From: Octopus vulgaris | Taxonomy: Eukaryota | Assembly (NCBI GenBank): GCA_951406725.2 | Contig: OX597814.1 | Location: forward strand, 67,332,001-67,396,000 | DNA length: 64,000 nucleotides | Direction: 5' to 3' | Part shown: positions 14,542-28,350 of the stretch, one piece after another | How positions within the stretch are numbered: position 1 is the stretch's first letter | How the letters are laid out: every line of letters begins with the position of its first letter | Program-made: the position numbers and the translations under genes | The notes under the pieces: generated by a model | What the model was told of the DNA's origin: nothing | Databases searched by the model: none | The model's input: the letters and a program-made list of their open reading frames with translations, nothing else

Positions 14542-15199
14542 ATATATAAGAAAATAGTAAAGAGTGAAAAAACGACAGAAGGCATAAATGTTAAAAAATA
14601 TATATATTTGCGTCAAAATGTCTGGAGAATATAGGAAAAATTTTTTCCTCCTTAAAATGACATAATTTTATAAAAATTATAAAATTATGTCATTTTAAGG
14701 AGGGAAAAAATTTTTGCAATATTCTCCAGACATTTTGACGCAAAGATATATATTTTTTAACAAATACGTACATACATACATACATACATCACCCACGTGC
14801 TTTACCAAACAAACTTTCTTATCTATCTATATATATATATATATATAGTTAATTCAAATAAAGAATTCAAATAAACAGATTAAAAAAAAACGAAAGAAAG
14901 AAAAAAAAGAAGAAAGTGATGATATGAATAAGAAATGTATTAGCTTGGCGCTCGGTGAAAGGAGAGTTTAATGTGTGGACCATAGCTCTTCGTCTGAAAG
15001 GAGAAAAAGAAATGTCCAAAGAAGGAGAAGAAGAAGAAATCGCCAACGGCCCAAGTGTGGTTACATTGCTGAAGTGTAAATGTTGTAAACTGTGTGCGTG
15101 TGTGTGTATATATATGTATATATATGTATATATATATATAGAACGAAAACAATTGAGAGTTTAGAGCATTTAGAAACAACAAAAACGTTAGACTTCTCT

Positions 15200-15260
<61 letters not shown>

Positions 15261-15435
15261 CTTAGAGTGAGAGAGAGAGAGAGATGTACTTTCATAGCAA
15301 GTGACCTGATCTGAGATCGTGTGCTGGAACGAAAACAATTGCAGTGTGGAAGGTGTTTATAAGCCATTTAAGAAACACACAAAAACCGTTAGATTCACTT
15401 CAACATCTAAATTTGATTTGTCAAAATATTTTGTA

Positions 15436-15523
<88 letters not shown>

Positions 15524-15621
15524 AAATCTTTCTTTCTTTCTATCTATCTATCTATCTATCAAATCTTTCTTTCTTTCTATCTATCTATCTATCTATCTAT
15601 TTATATATATATACATACACG

Positions 15622-15711
<90 letters not shown>

Positions 15712-16046
15712 AACAATTGCAGCGGGGAAGATGTTTATAAGCCATTTAAGAAACACACAAAAACCGTTAGATTCACTTCAACATATAAATTTAATTTGCC
15801 AAAATATTTTTGTCGCTTTGAGACCGCGACCTGTCACTGATAAAAATCATCTGAGCATCAGAGCATTAGATGCAGCGCGGAATTTTGTCGGTGAACAGGT
15901 CGCAGTCTCAAGGCGACAAAAATATGTTGGCAAATGAAATTTAAATGTTGAAGTGAATCTAACGGGTTTTGGCTTATAAACACCTTCCACGCTGCAATTG
16001 TTTTCGTTGCAGCACGATCTCAGATCAGATCTTTGCTATGCAAGTA

Positions 16047-16114
<68 letters not shown>

Positions 16115-16193
16115 TCTGTATATATATATATGTAAGATTCAGTTGAATAAGGTTTGGATTCACTATATATATGTGTGTGTGTGTATATATATT

Positions 16194-16250
<57 letters not shown>

Positions 16251-17964
16251 GGGTGTAATTGTTGATGACAAGCTCAGCTGGAGTGCCCACATCAACAATA
16301 ATGTCGATATAGTTCGTAGGATGAGCTCCTGGATCATAAGAACTTTCTGGTCCAGAGAACAAGGTATCATCATACCACTTTTCTCCTCCTTTGCACGGCC
16401 ACACCTCGAATACTGCCGCCCACTGTGGTCTCCCTATACAAGACAAAACATCTCGAGAATTGAATCACCCCCAAGAGGGCACTCACTAAACGAATTGAAG
16501 GCATGGCTGCTTTCGATTATTGGGACCGCCTTAAAGCCTTGAAACTCTACTCTCTCCAGCGCTGCCACGAGCGGCACATCATTTGTACTATGTGGAGAAT
16601 ATACCGCCAACTTTTCCCAAACGACCTGAACATTAATTTCAAGTTTCATCCAAGACTGGGACCACGGGCCATACGTCCCCTGCCCAATTCAGCATCACAG
16701 CATATAGGTACACTGCAACATAATTTCTTTTCTTCAACAGGCCCTGTCCTGTTTAACATTGTCCGGAAAGAGATCAAAGAGGAAAAGGATCTCATCAACT
16801 TTAAACGGAGTCTGGACAGATTTATTCAACGAATACCGGATAAGCCACCCATACCTGGATTCAACTCACTCAACAAGAACTCACTACTTGAATGGACCAT
16901 AAACAAAACTTGACTTAAACAGGATTTAAATAATCCTGTCTGGTGGTGCTATTAAGTTAGACATGGCCTGGACCAATCTTTGGTCGAAACATATCTAAGT
17001 TTATCTAAGTTTATATATATATAAATATTATGAATATCATAATATCATATACTTAATGTATATGTGTCGTTAAAGACTTGAAAGTTGCGGTATTTCGTCT
17101 AAGAGATCTGCCTCTGAAAACCTAAGCTAGGAAAACGAAATCGCGCTGAAAATGAACGAGAGCGACAGAGCCGATATTTCGTGGTTATTTTCGCTCATCA
17201 GTGTCATATACTCATCTATTAGATGCGTTTGTGGGTCTTTAGCCTTCCTTTGTTGAAGATACTGAAAGGAGGTAAGACAGGGGAGATAATGAAGCCGTGC
17301 AAGCGTTACTACTGCTATATTTGTTCTGACCATGTGGTCTGCGAGCACAAATCAGCCACTGATATTGATTCTTCTACTAGTTGCTATCTCCTTAGAGAGG
17401 AAGCCTAAAGAACCAGAAACTCATCTAGAAGTCGAGGTTTATGGGTGTGTAGACTGCAGATGACATCTTACTCGTCGAAACCTCACACACATATACATGT
17501 CTAAGATATGCATGTATGTAGGCTGGAAGTATGTATGCATAAATATGTGTGATGGTTGATTATATTACCTACCTGTATTCGCATTGTTTCTAAATATCCT
17601 GTTTTTTTTTTCCAGTAGTGTGGTGTGGTTTAAATGTAAAAAAATATACCTGCAATGCCTGAAATTGGATGTCATCAACAAAAAATGTCTGAATTTGGAT
17701 CTCAATAAAATCTTTATAATTTTATTGAAATGTTTTCAATTTGTATTTGTAAGGTGCATGCTATGCGATCTCTTTGTTTCCAGGAAAATTATTGACAAGA
17801 ATAAACAACAAGTTTGACGGACGTCAGACGATATATCTAAATCCGTATATCAAATACCTTCTATGATTGTGAATGGTGTTTTCATTGCGACTTAATAGCA
17901 TAAAAACTTTAAATATTTAACATTAAATTTCATACAAAAGGTTTTCTCCTTTTCGTTTCTCTAG

Positions 17965-18042
17965 AATTCGAGGAGACTACATCAGCAGAAGAGTTAGAGT
18001 CTGTAGTCGAAGAGACGGAGAATCTAGAACTAGAGACACCAG
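17965..18042 (+). CDS. Acidic-repeat mini-exon, type A copy 3 (78 nt)
   Basis: Identical to copy 1, intact splice sites. Confidence 0.82.
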
Positions 18043-18140
18043 GTATGAATTATATACACGTACATACATACATGCATGGATACATGCATGCATGCATACA
18101 TACATACATACATACATACATACATACATACATACATACA

Positions 18141-18174
<34 letters not shown>

Positions 18175-18373
18175 CATACGTACACACATGCACGCGCGTC
18201 ACATTGTCTATAAGAATTATTCAAATCTGTATTTCAGATGCGTTGTATGATTGTGTATGGGTTATGTATTATGTCCCAAATATTCAAATAGCAAAAAAAA
18301 AAAAAAAGATAGCAAATTTTAATATTTAACATTAAAAGTTTATATAAAAGGTTTCCTATTACTATTTCTCTAG

Positions 18374-18451
18374 AATTCGAGGAGAATAGGGTACAAGAAG
18401 AGTTGGAATCAGAGGCCGAAGAGACGGAGAATGCAGAGCTGGAGACTCCAG
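18374..18451 (+). CDS. Acidic-repeat mini-exon, type B copy 3 (78 nt)
   Basis: Identical to 13845-13922, intact splice sites. Confidence 0.82.
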
Positions 18452-18528
18452 GTAACGATATGTGTATGTACGTTTGTATGTATGTATGTATGTATGTATG
18501 TATGTATGTATGTATGTATGTATATAAT

Positions 18529-18601
<73 letters not shown>

Positions 18602-18958
18602 AATGGACTCTTCCGTTGAAGACGACGTATGATTGTTCAGCTTTTGCCGAACGACCTGCAAAAATAACTTGCTTATAGTAATCAAATATACGTGGTGTAA
18701 ACGGAAACTGAAAGAAGCCCGTCGTAAATATGTGTATATTCGTGTCTGTTCCTGTGTTTGTCCCCACAACATCGCTTAACAACCGATGTGGTGTGTTTAC
18801 GTCCCCGTAACTTAGCGGTTCGGCAAAGACTGATAGAATAAGTATTAGGTTTACAAAGAATAAGTCCTGGGGGTCGATGTGCTCGACTGAAGGCGGCGCT
18901 CCTTCATGGCCGCAGTCAAATGACTGAAACCAGTAAAAGAGTAAAAATGAGTAAAGAG

Positions 18959-18990
<32 letters not shown>

Positions 18991-18997
18991 TATATTG

Positions 18998-19653
18998 ATA
19001 CCAACACGCTAAGAAGGACCAATGCGGTCAAAACTACTAAAAATAAATAATATAAATGAATATTTTCAAAGAGGAAGAATTTACGGATTTTTTCTCTTAC
19101 GGGGTTTTTCACGCTGACTACTGATAATTTCTTTTAAAGATTTTATCCTCAATTGTTAATTTATATTTTTCACCGGAATAGTTCAATACTGAATTTTTAT
19201 TCCGACTAGACAATTTGTTACCGAAATGCCTTGCGAATAAGCCCGCCATTTTCATAGATATGTAAATAATAACATTCGTAGCTGCTACGACGAATTCTAC
19301 GGTTGGCTACCGAGCTTGTAATGTTATGTTTTTCTCTTATATTTCTTGAGTTTGTTGCACTGATGAACATGAAATGCATATTCTGCATTAAATGCGAAAT
19401 CACATGTGATATGTAACTGAATTCTTTTTTAAAATGATGCGTTTTGAAGTTTTGCATTCGGTAAAATTTTGTTTATTTTTAGTAGTTTTGACCGCATTGG
19501 TCCCTCTTAGCGTGTTGGTATCTACGAATAGTAGTACCCTCAATATAATATAAATGAATATTTTCAAAGAGGAAGAATTTACGGATTTTTTCTCTTACGA
19601 GGTTTTTCACGCTGACTACTGATAATTTCTTTTAAAGATTTTATCCTCAATTG

Positions 19654-19658
<5 letters not shown>
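18998..19658 (+). mobile_element. Penelope-type pLTR insertion specific to duplication unit 3
   Basis: Inverted repeat ~18998-19048 / ~19470-19522, direct repeat ~19048-19160 / ~19545-19658, internal hammerhead motif. Confidence 0.7.
19354..19417 (+). ncRNA. Type I hammerhead ribozyme motif
   Basis: GTTGCA-CTGATGA-stem II (AATGCA/TGCATT inner stem)-GAAA-TCACATGTGA (palindromic stem III)-TA-TGTAAC. Confidence 0.7.
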
Positions 19659-19702
<44 letters not shown>

Positions 19703-19969
19703 TTAATTCAAATAAAGAATTCAAATAAACGGATTAAAAAAAAACGAAAGAAAAGGAAAAGAAAGAAAGTGATGATATGAATAAGAAATGTATTAGCTTG
19801 ACGCTCGGTGAAAGGAGAGTTTAATGTGTGGACCATAGCTCTTCGTCTGAAAGGAGAAAAAGAAATGTCCAACGAAGGAGAAGAAGAAGAAATCGCCAAC
19901 GGCCCAAGTGTGGTTACATTGCTGAAGTGTAAATGTTGTAAACTGTGTGCGTGTGTGTGTATATATATG

Positions 19970-20013
<44 letters not shown>

Positions 20014-20186
20014 GAGAGTGAGAGAGAGAGAGAGATGTACTTTCATAGCAAGTGACCTGATCTGAGATCGTGTGCTGGAACGAAAACAATTGCAGCGTGG
20101 AAGGTGTTTATAAGCCATTTAAGAAACACACAAAAACCGTTAGATTCACTTCAACATCTAAATTTGATTTGTCAAAATATTTTGTA

Positions 20187-20310
<124 letters not shown>

Positions 20311-20314
20311 CACG

Positions 20315-20352
<38 letters not shown>

Positions 20353-20688
20353 AACAATTGCAGCGGGGAAGATGTTTATAAGCCATTTAAGAAACACACA
20401 AAAACCGTTAGATTCACTTCAACATTTAAATTTAATTTGCCAAAATATTTTTGTCGCTTTGAGACCGCGACCTGTCACTGACAAAAATCATCTGAGCATC
20501 AGAGCATTAGATGCAGCGCGGAATTTTGTCGGTGAACAGGTCGCAGTCTCAAGGCGACAAAAATATGTTGGCAAATGAAATTTAAATGTTGAAGTGAATC
20601 TAACGGGTTTTGGCTTATAAACACCTTCCACGCTGCAATTGTTTTCGTTGCAGCACGATCTCAGATCAGATCACTTGCTGTGCAAGTA

Positions 20689-20736
<48 letters not shown>

Positions 20737-20792
20737 TCTGTATATATATATATGTAAGATTCAGTTGAATAAGGTTTGGATTCACTATATAT

Positions 20793-20896
<104 letters not shown>

Positions 20897-22605
20897 GTGT
20901 AATTGTTGATGACAAGCTCAGCTGGAGTGCCCACATCAACAATAATGTCGATATAGTTCGTAGGATGAGCTCCTGGATCATAAGAACTTTCTGGTCCAGA
21001 GAACAAGGTATCATCATACCACTTTTCTCCTCCTTTGCACGGCCACACCTCGAATACTGCCGCCCACTGTGGTCTCCCTATACAAGACAAAACATCTCGA
21101 GGATTGAATCACCCCCAAGAGGGCACTCACTAAACGAATTGAAGGCATGGCTGCTCTCGATTATTGGGACTCTACTTGAAACTCTACTCTCTCCAGCGCT
21201 GCCACGAGCGGTACATCATTTGTACTATGTGGAGAATATACCGCCAACTTTTCCCAAACGACCTGAACATTAATTTCAAGGTTCATCCAAGGCTGGGACC
21301 ACGGGCCATACGTCCCCTGCCCAATTCAGCATCACAGCATATAGGTACACTGCAACATAATTTCTTTTCTTCAACAGGCCCTGTCCTGTTTAACATTGTC
21401 CGGAAAGAGATCAAAGAGGAAAAGGATCTCATCAACTTTAAACGGAGTCTGGACAGATTTATTCAACGAATACCGGATAAGCCACCCATACCTGGATTCA
21501 ACTCACTCAACAAGAACTCACTACTTGAATGGACCATAAACAAAACTTGACTTAAACAGGATTTAAATAATCCTGTCTGGTGGTGCTATTAAGTTAGACA
21601 TGGCCTGGACCAATCTTTGGTCGAAACATATCTAAGTTTATCTAAGTTTATATATATATATAAATATTATGAATATCATAATATCATATACTTAATGTAT
21701 ATGTGTCGTTAAAGACTTGAAAGTTGCGGTATTTCGTCTAAGAGATCTGCCTCTGAAAACCTAAGCTAGGCGAAACGAAATCGCGCTGAAAATGAACGAG
21801 AGCGACAGAGCCGATATTTCGCGGTTATTTTCGCTCATCAATGTCATATACTCATCTACTAGACGCGTTTGTGGGTCTTTAGCCTTCCTTTGTTGAAGAT
21901 ACTGAAAGGAGGTAAGACAGAGGAGATAATGAAGCCGTGCAAGCGTTACTACTGCTATATTTGTTCTGACCATGTGGTCTGCGAGCACAAATCAGCCACT
22001 GATATTGATTCTTCTACTAGTTGCTATCTCCTTAGAGAGGAAGCCTAAAGAACCAGAAATTCATCTAGACGTCGAGGTTTATGGGTGTGTAGACTGCAGA
22101 TGACATCTTACTCGTCGAAACCTCACACACATATACATGTCTAATATATGCATGTATGTAGGCTGGAAGTATGTATGCATAAATATGTGTGATGGTTGAT
22201 TATATTACCTACCTGTATTCGCATTGTTTCTAAATATCCTGTTTTTTTTTTCCAGTAGTGTGGTGTGGTTTAAATGTAAAAAAATATCCCTGCAATGCCT
22301 GAAATTGGATGTCATCAACAAAAAGTGTCTGAATTTGGCTCTCAATAAAATCTTTATAATTTTATTGAAATGTTTTCAATTTGTATTTGTAAGGTGCATG
22401 CTATGCGATCTCTTTGTTTCCAGGAAAATTATTGACAAGAATAAACAACAAGTTTGACGGACGTCAGACGATATATCTAAATCCGTATATCAAATACCTT
22501 CTATGATTGTGAATGGTGTTTTCATTGCGACTTAATAGCATAAAAACTTTAAATATTTAACATTGAAATTTCATACAAAAGGTTTTCTCCTTTTCGTTTC
22601 TCTAG

Positions 22606-22683
22606 AATTCGAGGAGACTACATCAGCAGAAGAGTTAGAGTCTGTAGTCGAAGAGACGGAGAATCTAGAACTAGAGACACCAG
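22606..22683 (+). CDS. Acidic-repeat mini-exon, type A copy 4 (78 nt)
   Basis: Identical to copy 1, intact splice sites. Confidence 0.82.
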
Positions 22684-23023
22684 GTATGAATTATATACAC
22701 GTACATACATACATGCATGGATACAAGCATGCATACATACATACATACATACATACATACATACATACATACATACATACATACATACATACATACATAC
22801 ATACATACATACATACATACATACGTACATACATGCACGCGCGTCACAATGTCTATAAGAATTATTCAAATCTGTATTTCAGATGCGTTGTATGATTGTG
22901 TATGGGTTATGTATTATGTCCCAAATATTCAAATAGCAAAAAAAAAAAAAAAAAAAAGATAGCGAATTTTAATATTTAGCATAAAAAATTTATATAAAAT
23001 GTTTCCTATTACTATTTCTCTAG

Positions 23024-23101
23024 AATTCGAGGAGAATACGGTACAAGAAGAGTTGGAATCAGAGGCCGAAAAGACAGAGAATGTAGAGCTGGAGACTCCA
23101 G
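23024..23101 (+). CDS. Acidic-repeat mini-exon, type B copy 4 (78 nt): (E)[25 protein letters not shown]
   Basis: TCTCTAG acceptor, CCAG|GTAATG donor, open frame. Confidence 0.82.
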
Positions 23102-23409
23102 GTAATGATATGGGTGTGTGATTGCATATGTATATGCACACACACACGTATGTATGTTTATGTATTCATGTATATATGTATGTATGAAGTCAAAGTTACG
23201 CGTAATTTGGACCAGCACCTTAGGCGCTAAATAGTTTTAGGGTTGGTTTTCTCTGTGTACACAACCGTAATATCATATCTGATATTTCGACTCTCACCAA
23301 CCGTAGGCTGGAACCACTGACATTATCCAACCCTACCTGGTGCACACCTTTTCAAGTACCTCATTCTATCGGAATCCTCATCTTACTTCTTATATTTGTA
23401 TGTATGTAC

Positions 23410-23440
<31 letters not shown>

Positions 23441-24046
23441 TGTATGTATGTATGTATGTATGTATGTATGTATGTATGTATGTATGCATGAATGTATGTA
23501 TGCATGTATGTATGTATGCATACGTATGCATGTACGTACGTATGTATACGTGCAGATATGTATGTTTTGTTTTACGTATGTCTTCTCATTTATATGCTTG
23601 CATATCTAAATATGCTCTATGTATGTATACATATATATATATGTATGTATAATGAACTCTTCCGTCGAAGACGACGTACGTCTGTTTAGCTTTTGCCGAA
23701 CGACGTGCAAAAATTTGTTGATAGACATCAAATTCACGCGGTACAGACGGTAACTGAAAGAAGCCCGTCGTATATATGTGTATATTTGGGTGTGTGTCCG
23801 TGTCTGAGTTTGTACTCCCACCATCATTGACAACCGATGTTGGTGGGTTTATGACCCCGTACCTTAGCGGTTTGGAAAAAAGACCGATAAAATAAGTACT
23901 AGGCTTACAAAGAGTTAGTCCTGGGTTTGATTTAACCGTCTAAAAGTGGTGCTCCAGCATGGCTGCAGTCAAGTGACTGAAACAGGTAAAAGAATAAAAA
24001 ACTATGCCATTTTAATCCCGATGGACGAAGGATATTTCTTCTAGTA

Positions 24047-24078
<32 letters not shown>

Positions 24079-24444
24079 CTAGCTTAAGGTGACCCGCTCT
24101 ACGCGCGGGTAAGAGTGTAGTTGTTACTGTCTGTTGCTTCCTTTCAGCACGTAAAAAGCACCATCCGAACGTGGCCGATTGCAGCGTCGCCTTGACTGGC
24201 TTCTGTGCCGGTGGCACGTAAAAAGCACCAACCGATCGTGACCGCTGCCAGCCGCCCTGGCACCTGTGCCGGCGGCACTAAAAGAGCACCCACTACACTC
24301 ACAGAGTGGTTGGCGTTAGGAAGGGCATCCACCTGTAGAAACACTGCCAGATCAGACTGGAGCCTGGTGCAGCATCCTGGCTTCCCAGACCCCGGTCAAA
24401 CTGTCCAACCCGTGCTAGCACGGAAAACGGACGTTAAACGATGG

Positions 24445-24483
<39 letters not shown>

Positions 24484-26149
24484 CGATTCTCCCTCTTTGT
24501 TTCTCTCTCCTTTCTCTCTCACTTTCCCACTCTCTTACTTTTCTTTTCTCTCGGACTCTCCCTCGCTTTCTCTTACTCTCTATCTTTATCTCTCTCTCTC
24601 CCATTTAAAAAGAACAAAAGATCTTGAGTAAGTTGAGAAATAAAATATTTTGAAAGATCAATCATAAATATCAGGCAGTGACAACGGAAAGGTCTGCTTC
24701 AAGGCAGAGAGCAAAACACTAACATTTAAAAGGGACAGACGAACTTGCGAGCTGAATAAAAATAATAAAATATTGGAAACCAAAGTTTGAAGGGATAGAA
24801 TCTGAGGATAGTAGAGTCACCATGGCTGGCATTTCTTAACGACGGACAGATGTGAAAGAAAATTTCTAAACACCAAGTTTTGAAGTGATTCTTTCTCAAG
24901 ACAGTAGACTCACCATGGCAAGCATTCAAAACTTCTTCATCATAGACGGCAACACATTGACGATTAAAAGGCTGGCGCAAATTTTTTAGCTTGATGTAAC
25001 AGAGAATTCCTAAACACCCGCTCCTTTAAATATTAATCCCCTTCCAGCCCCATTTAGACCCCTTTTCACATTTTGGTTAATATAACCCGATTTCATTCGG
25101 GTCTACTTGGGCCACATTTTATAAGATGAGGAATTTTGTCCTAGAGGTCACGCCTTTCATTTGAGGAAAAAAAATAGCTGTCATGCAAACTTGCTAGCAC
25201 TTTTAACATAGGTGTGCATATTTTCAGCTCAACCGACCACATAATGCACACTTTATATATACGTATGTATATATGTATATGTGTATGTGTGTGTGTGTGC
25301 ACGCATTATATATACAAATGTATACAAATTATATATATATATATATATGTATAAATTAAATTAGAGATAAAACCACTAATAGGCAAATCAAACAGTGAAA
25401 AACATAAAACCAAAACATGAAAATAAAAATATAATATACAAAATATATAAAATTGAAAAATTTAAATTATTTAAATTTAAAATTAAAATTATTAATTTAT
25501 ATTTATAATTTAAAAAAAATATATATAACTATCAAAAAGTATTAAAAAGTTTGATATACATAAATACAGATATATACACTTTGTATATATTCATTATATA
25601 TACATATTTATATATAGAACACACACACACACACACACATATATATAAATTAACCCAATAATTATCTGATTCATAATATTTATTCTCATGATTGTATTGT
25701 GGTGGTGGCAATGATAATTCTCTCTATGAATGCAGACAGACGTAGAGAGAGAGAGAGAGAGAGTGAAAGCGCTGTCGAAGGCGGGGAGTGGGGAGATATA
25801 GAACGCCGTGACACGACGTTATAAAAAGAAAGTGAAAGTAAGGGAGTTAGACGCCGTGAAACGACGTTATATATAGAAAGTGATGGGAAGGGAGGAAAGA
25901 GAGTGAGTGACGGAGTAAGAAAGATACATAAAAGAATGAGAGTAGACTTGTCAAAGTGAGTTTTTGGCCCTATCAACGACACCTTTTAAGATGGTAATTT
26001 CTAACGTAGCCCACTAACATCCTCACCTCATTTTACATGTCCCTGTAAATTTTGGAGTCAATCCGACGGGATCTAGTGGCCTTTAACTCGTTCTCAATGC
26101 CAAAACCAGACAAACTTTTCGCATTTCAGATTTATAATATAGCGAGAGA
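24079..26149 (-). mobile_element. Non-autonomous Helitron
   Basis: Minus strand starts A|TCTCTCGCTATATTATAAA and ends with hairpin ACCCGC/GCGGGT (24092-24110) followed by CTAG|T; homologous to 60679-62015. Confidence 0.75.
24145..24484 (+). mobile_element. SINE 3' portion with (GAT)n tail, nested in the Helitron
   Basis: Tandem GCACGTAAAAAGCACC units, TTGGCGTTAGGAAGGGCATCC motif, GGACGTTAAACG followed by a (GAT)n-type tail. Confidence 0.7.
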
Positions 26150-26621
26150 TATATATATACGCAAAAAAAAAGTCAAGGTAGAAAATGCTAAGATAATTTT
26201 ATAAAAAACATTTCAGTACCAGTTTCAGTCATTGAAATATTTCAACTGTAAGTACGGAAAAGAATTTGCATAGTGTTCAAATACAAGTGGCATTTTCCTT
26301 TATTTCTGCCTTTCTGTATCTCTTGTTTACTCTTGTGGGTTCGAGGTCGTTGTGAATTCTTGGTAGGGAAGGAGGGGAAGAAGAAGAAGAAGAAGAAAAA
26401 AAAAATAATAATAATAATAAGAAGAAGAAGTATGCGGGAGTGAAATGATAGTAGTATGTTAAACGGTCAAGTGCCCTGAAAATGATCCGTTGTAGATGGT
26501 AGTAGTGATTGAATTCCTGAAACATCTCTTTTGAATGTTTTGTTTATAAAATTTGCGTAGGTGTTGTTTTAAACAGCAATAGTGGTAAAGTTAGGGAGGA
26601 GGTGGCGGAGAGGAGGAAGAA

Positions 26622-26668
<47 letters not shown>

Positions 26669-27093
26669 AGAAGAAGAAGAAAGAGAAGGGAGGATAAGAA
26701 GGAATGTTGGTAGTATGATAGTAGTAAGGTATTAAATGGTCAAGTGACTTAAAATTGGCTCGTTATGGATTATAGCAATGATTATAGCAACGGACGTCTG
26801 TTTTGCGTTCGGTTTCCTTTTATGTCTCCACTGTCCTAATTTTGTTCCCAACTTTGATCCTCCATAAATTTCATATTTTATTTTAGAATTTAAGGGAGCA
26901 ACTGTCTTTGAACTAATATTGTCGTTGAATGCTCGAAATGAGTAGATAGACAGCCGACAACTGATGAAGGGTCGTTCACTGTTTTTACTTGTCCTGTCTT
27001 CCATTCTTTCTCTCGTTGTTTGCATATTTATCTCGTTTGCTTTGGCACTTTGTTGTTTACACAGTTGGTGACGTCCTGTACCCATATATGCAC

Positions 27094-27139
<46 letters not shown>

Positions 27140-27202
27140 ATATATATATATATATATGTATACAGACACATACACACGCACACACACATACACACACACG
27201 TA

Positions 27203-27290
<88 letters not shown>

Positions 27291-27297
<7 letters not shown>

Positions 27298-28340
27298 GCG
27301 AGCAAAAAAAGGAGTACGATTAATATTTTTATTAAATGTCGTAAAAGCTAGTGAACGTACAAATTCGTCATTGGTTTCGTAAACACGGTTAACCACTAGG
27401 TAAATTCTCTGAAAAAGTCTAAGTTTGTACAATGGTCGTAATAAAAGTTAATAACACTAACACTTGTTTCGTCCAAATGTCTCATGTACAAAATAAGAGA
27501 ACAATTAGGTTCCTTCAGAAATTTCTGGAAATTTCATACATTGTTTACATTTGCAGGCTCAACGTTACTAGCTTCCGAACATGGTACACCACGCTAGAGT
27601 TACTCCCGACTTCCGAAAAAAAAATTGTCAGAATAAATGTTTCAAGTATGATTCTCAGCTATTTCACGAGACCTAAGGAGATCTAAGAGTGTAGTTTCAC
27701 GTGTTCTTCAGCTCTATGAAGTAATTAAAGGTTTTGAACTGAAAAAAGCAACTGGTAGACCATGCAAAACTACCATGCGAGATGATCGAGCCGTGTAACA
27801 GTACGTATTGAAGGATCCTTTCGAGACTGCGGCTGGAATTTTTAAGAAAGTAAAAGTAAATAATAGTACGGAAGTGAGCCGCTTTACAGTGTCTCGTCGT
27901 CTGAAGGAATTTGGATTAAAGACTTGTTCCCCGGCAACGGAACCATCAGCAGGAAAAACAAATTGGAAAGACTTTCATTTGCAGAAGCTCATACGAACTG
28001 GAGGAATGAAAATTGGTTAAAAGTTCATTTTAGCGGTGAATTCAAATTCAATTTAGTAGGTTCAGATGGTAAACAGTATGTTAGGCGCTTCACAAGAGAT
28101 CGGCTAAAATCCAAGTGCATGAAGAAATCTGCCAGGTTTGGAGGAGAAAGCGTCATGGCGTGGGGGGATGATTTCTTCTGAAGGAGTTGGCCCTCTAGTG
28201 AAGATTACAGAGACTATTAATGCTAATATCTATTTGAATTTGGTTAAACATCATATGATCCCATCATTACGAGCATTTCCGAATTAACGTCTCTTGTCAT
28301 ACTGCAAAGCGTGTCACTGGATTTTTTGATCGAGGGAGAA
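27291..28340 (+). mobile_element. Degenerate Tc1-like transposon, interrupted by the HERO-like element
   Basis: VSRFTVSRRLKEFGL and WLKVHFSGEFKFNLVGSDGKQYVRR...FGGESVMAWG fragments. Confidence 0.8.
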
Positions 28341-28350
28341 CTGTAAATAG

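Noticed and set aside
26925-26980. Possible type II hammerhead (GAAA...CTGATGA)
   Set aside because: No convincing stem I, stem III or cleavage triplet
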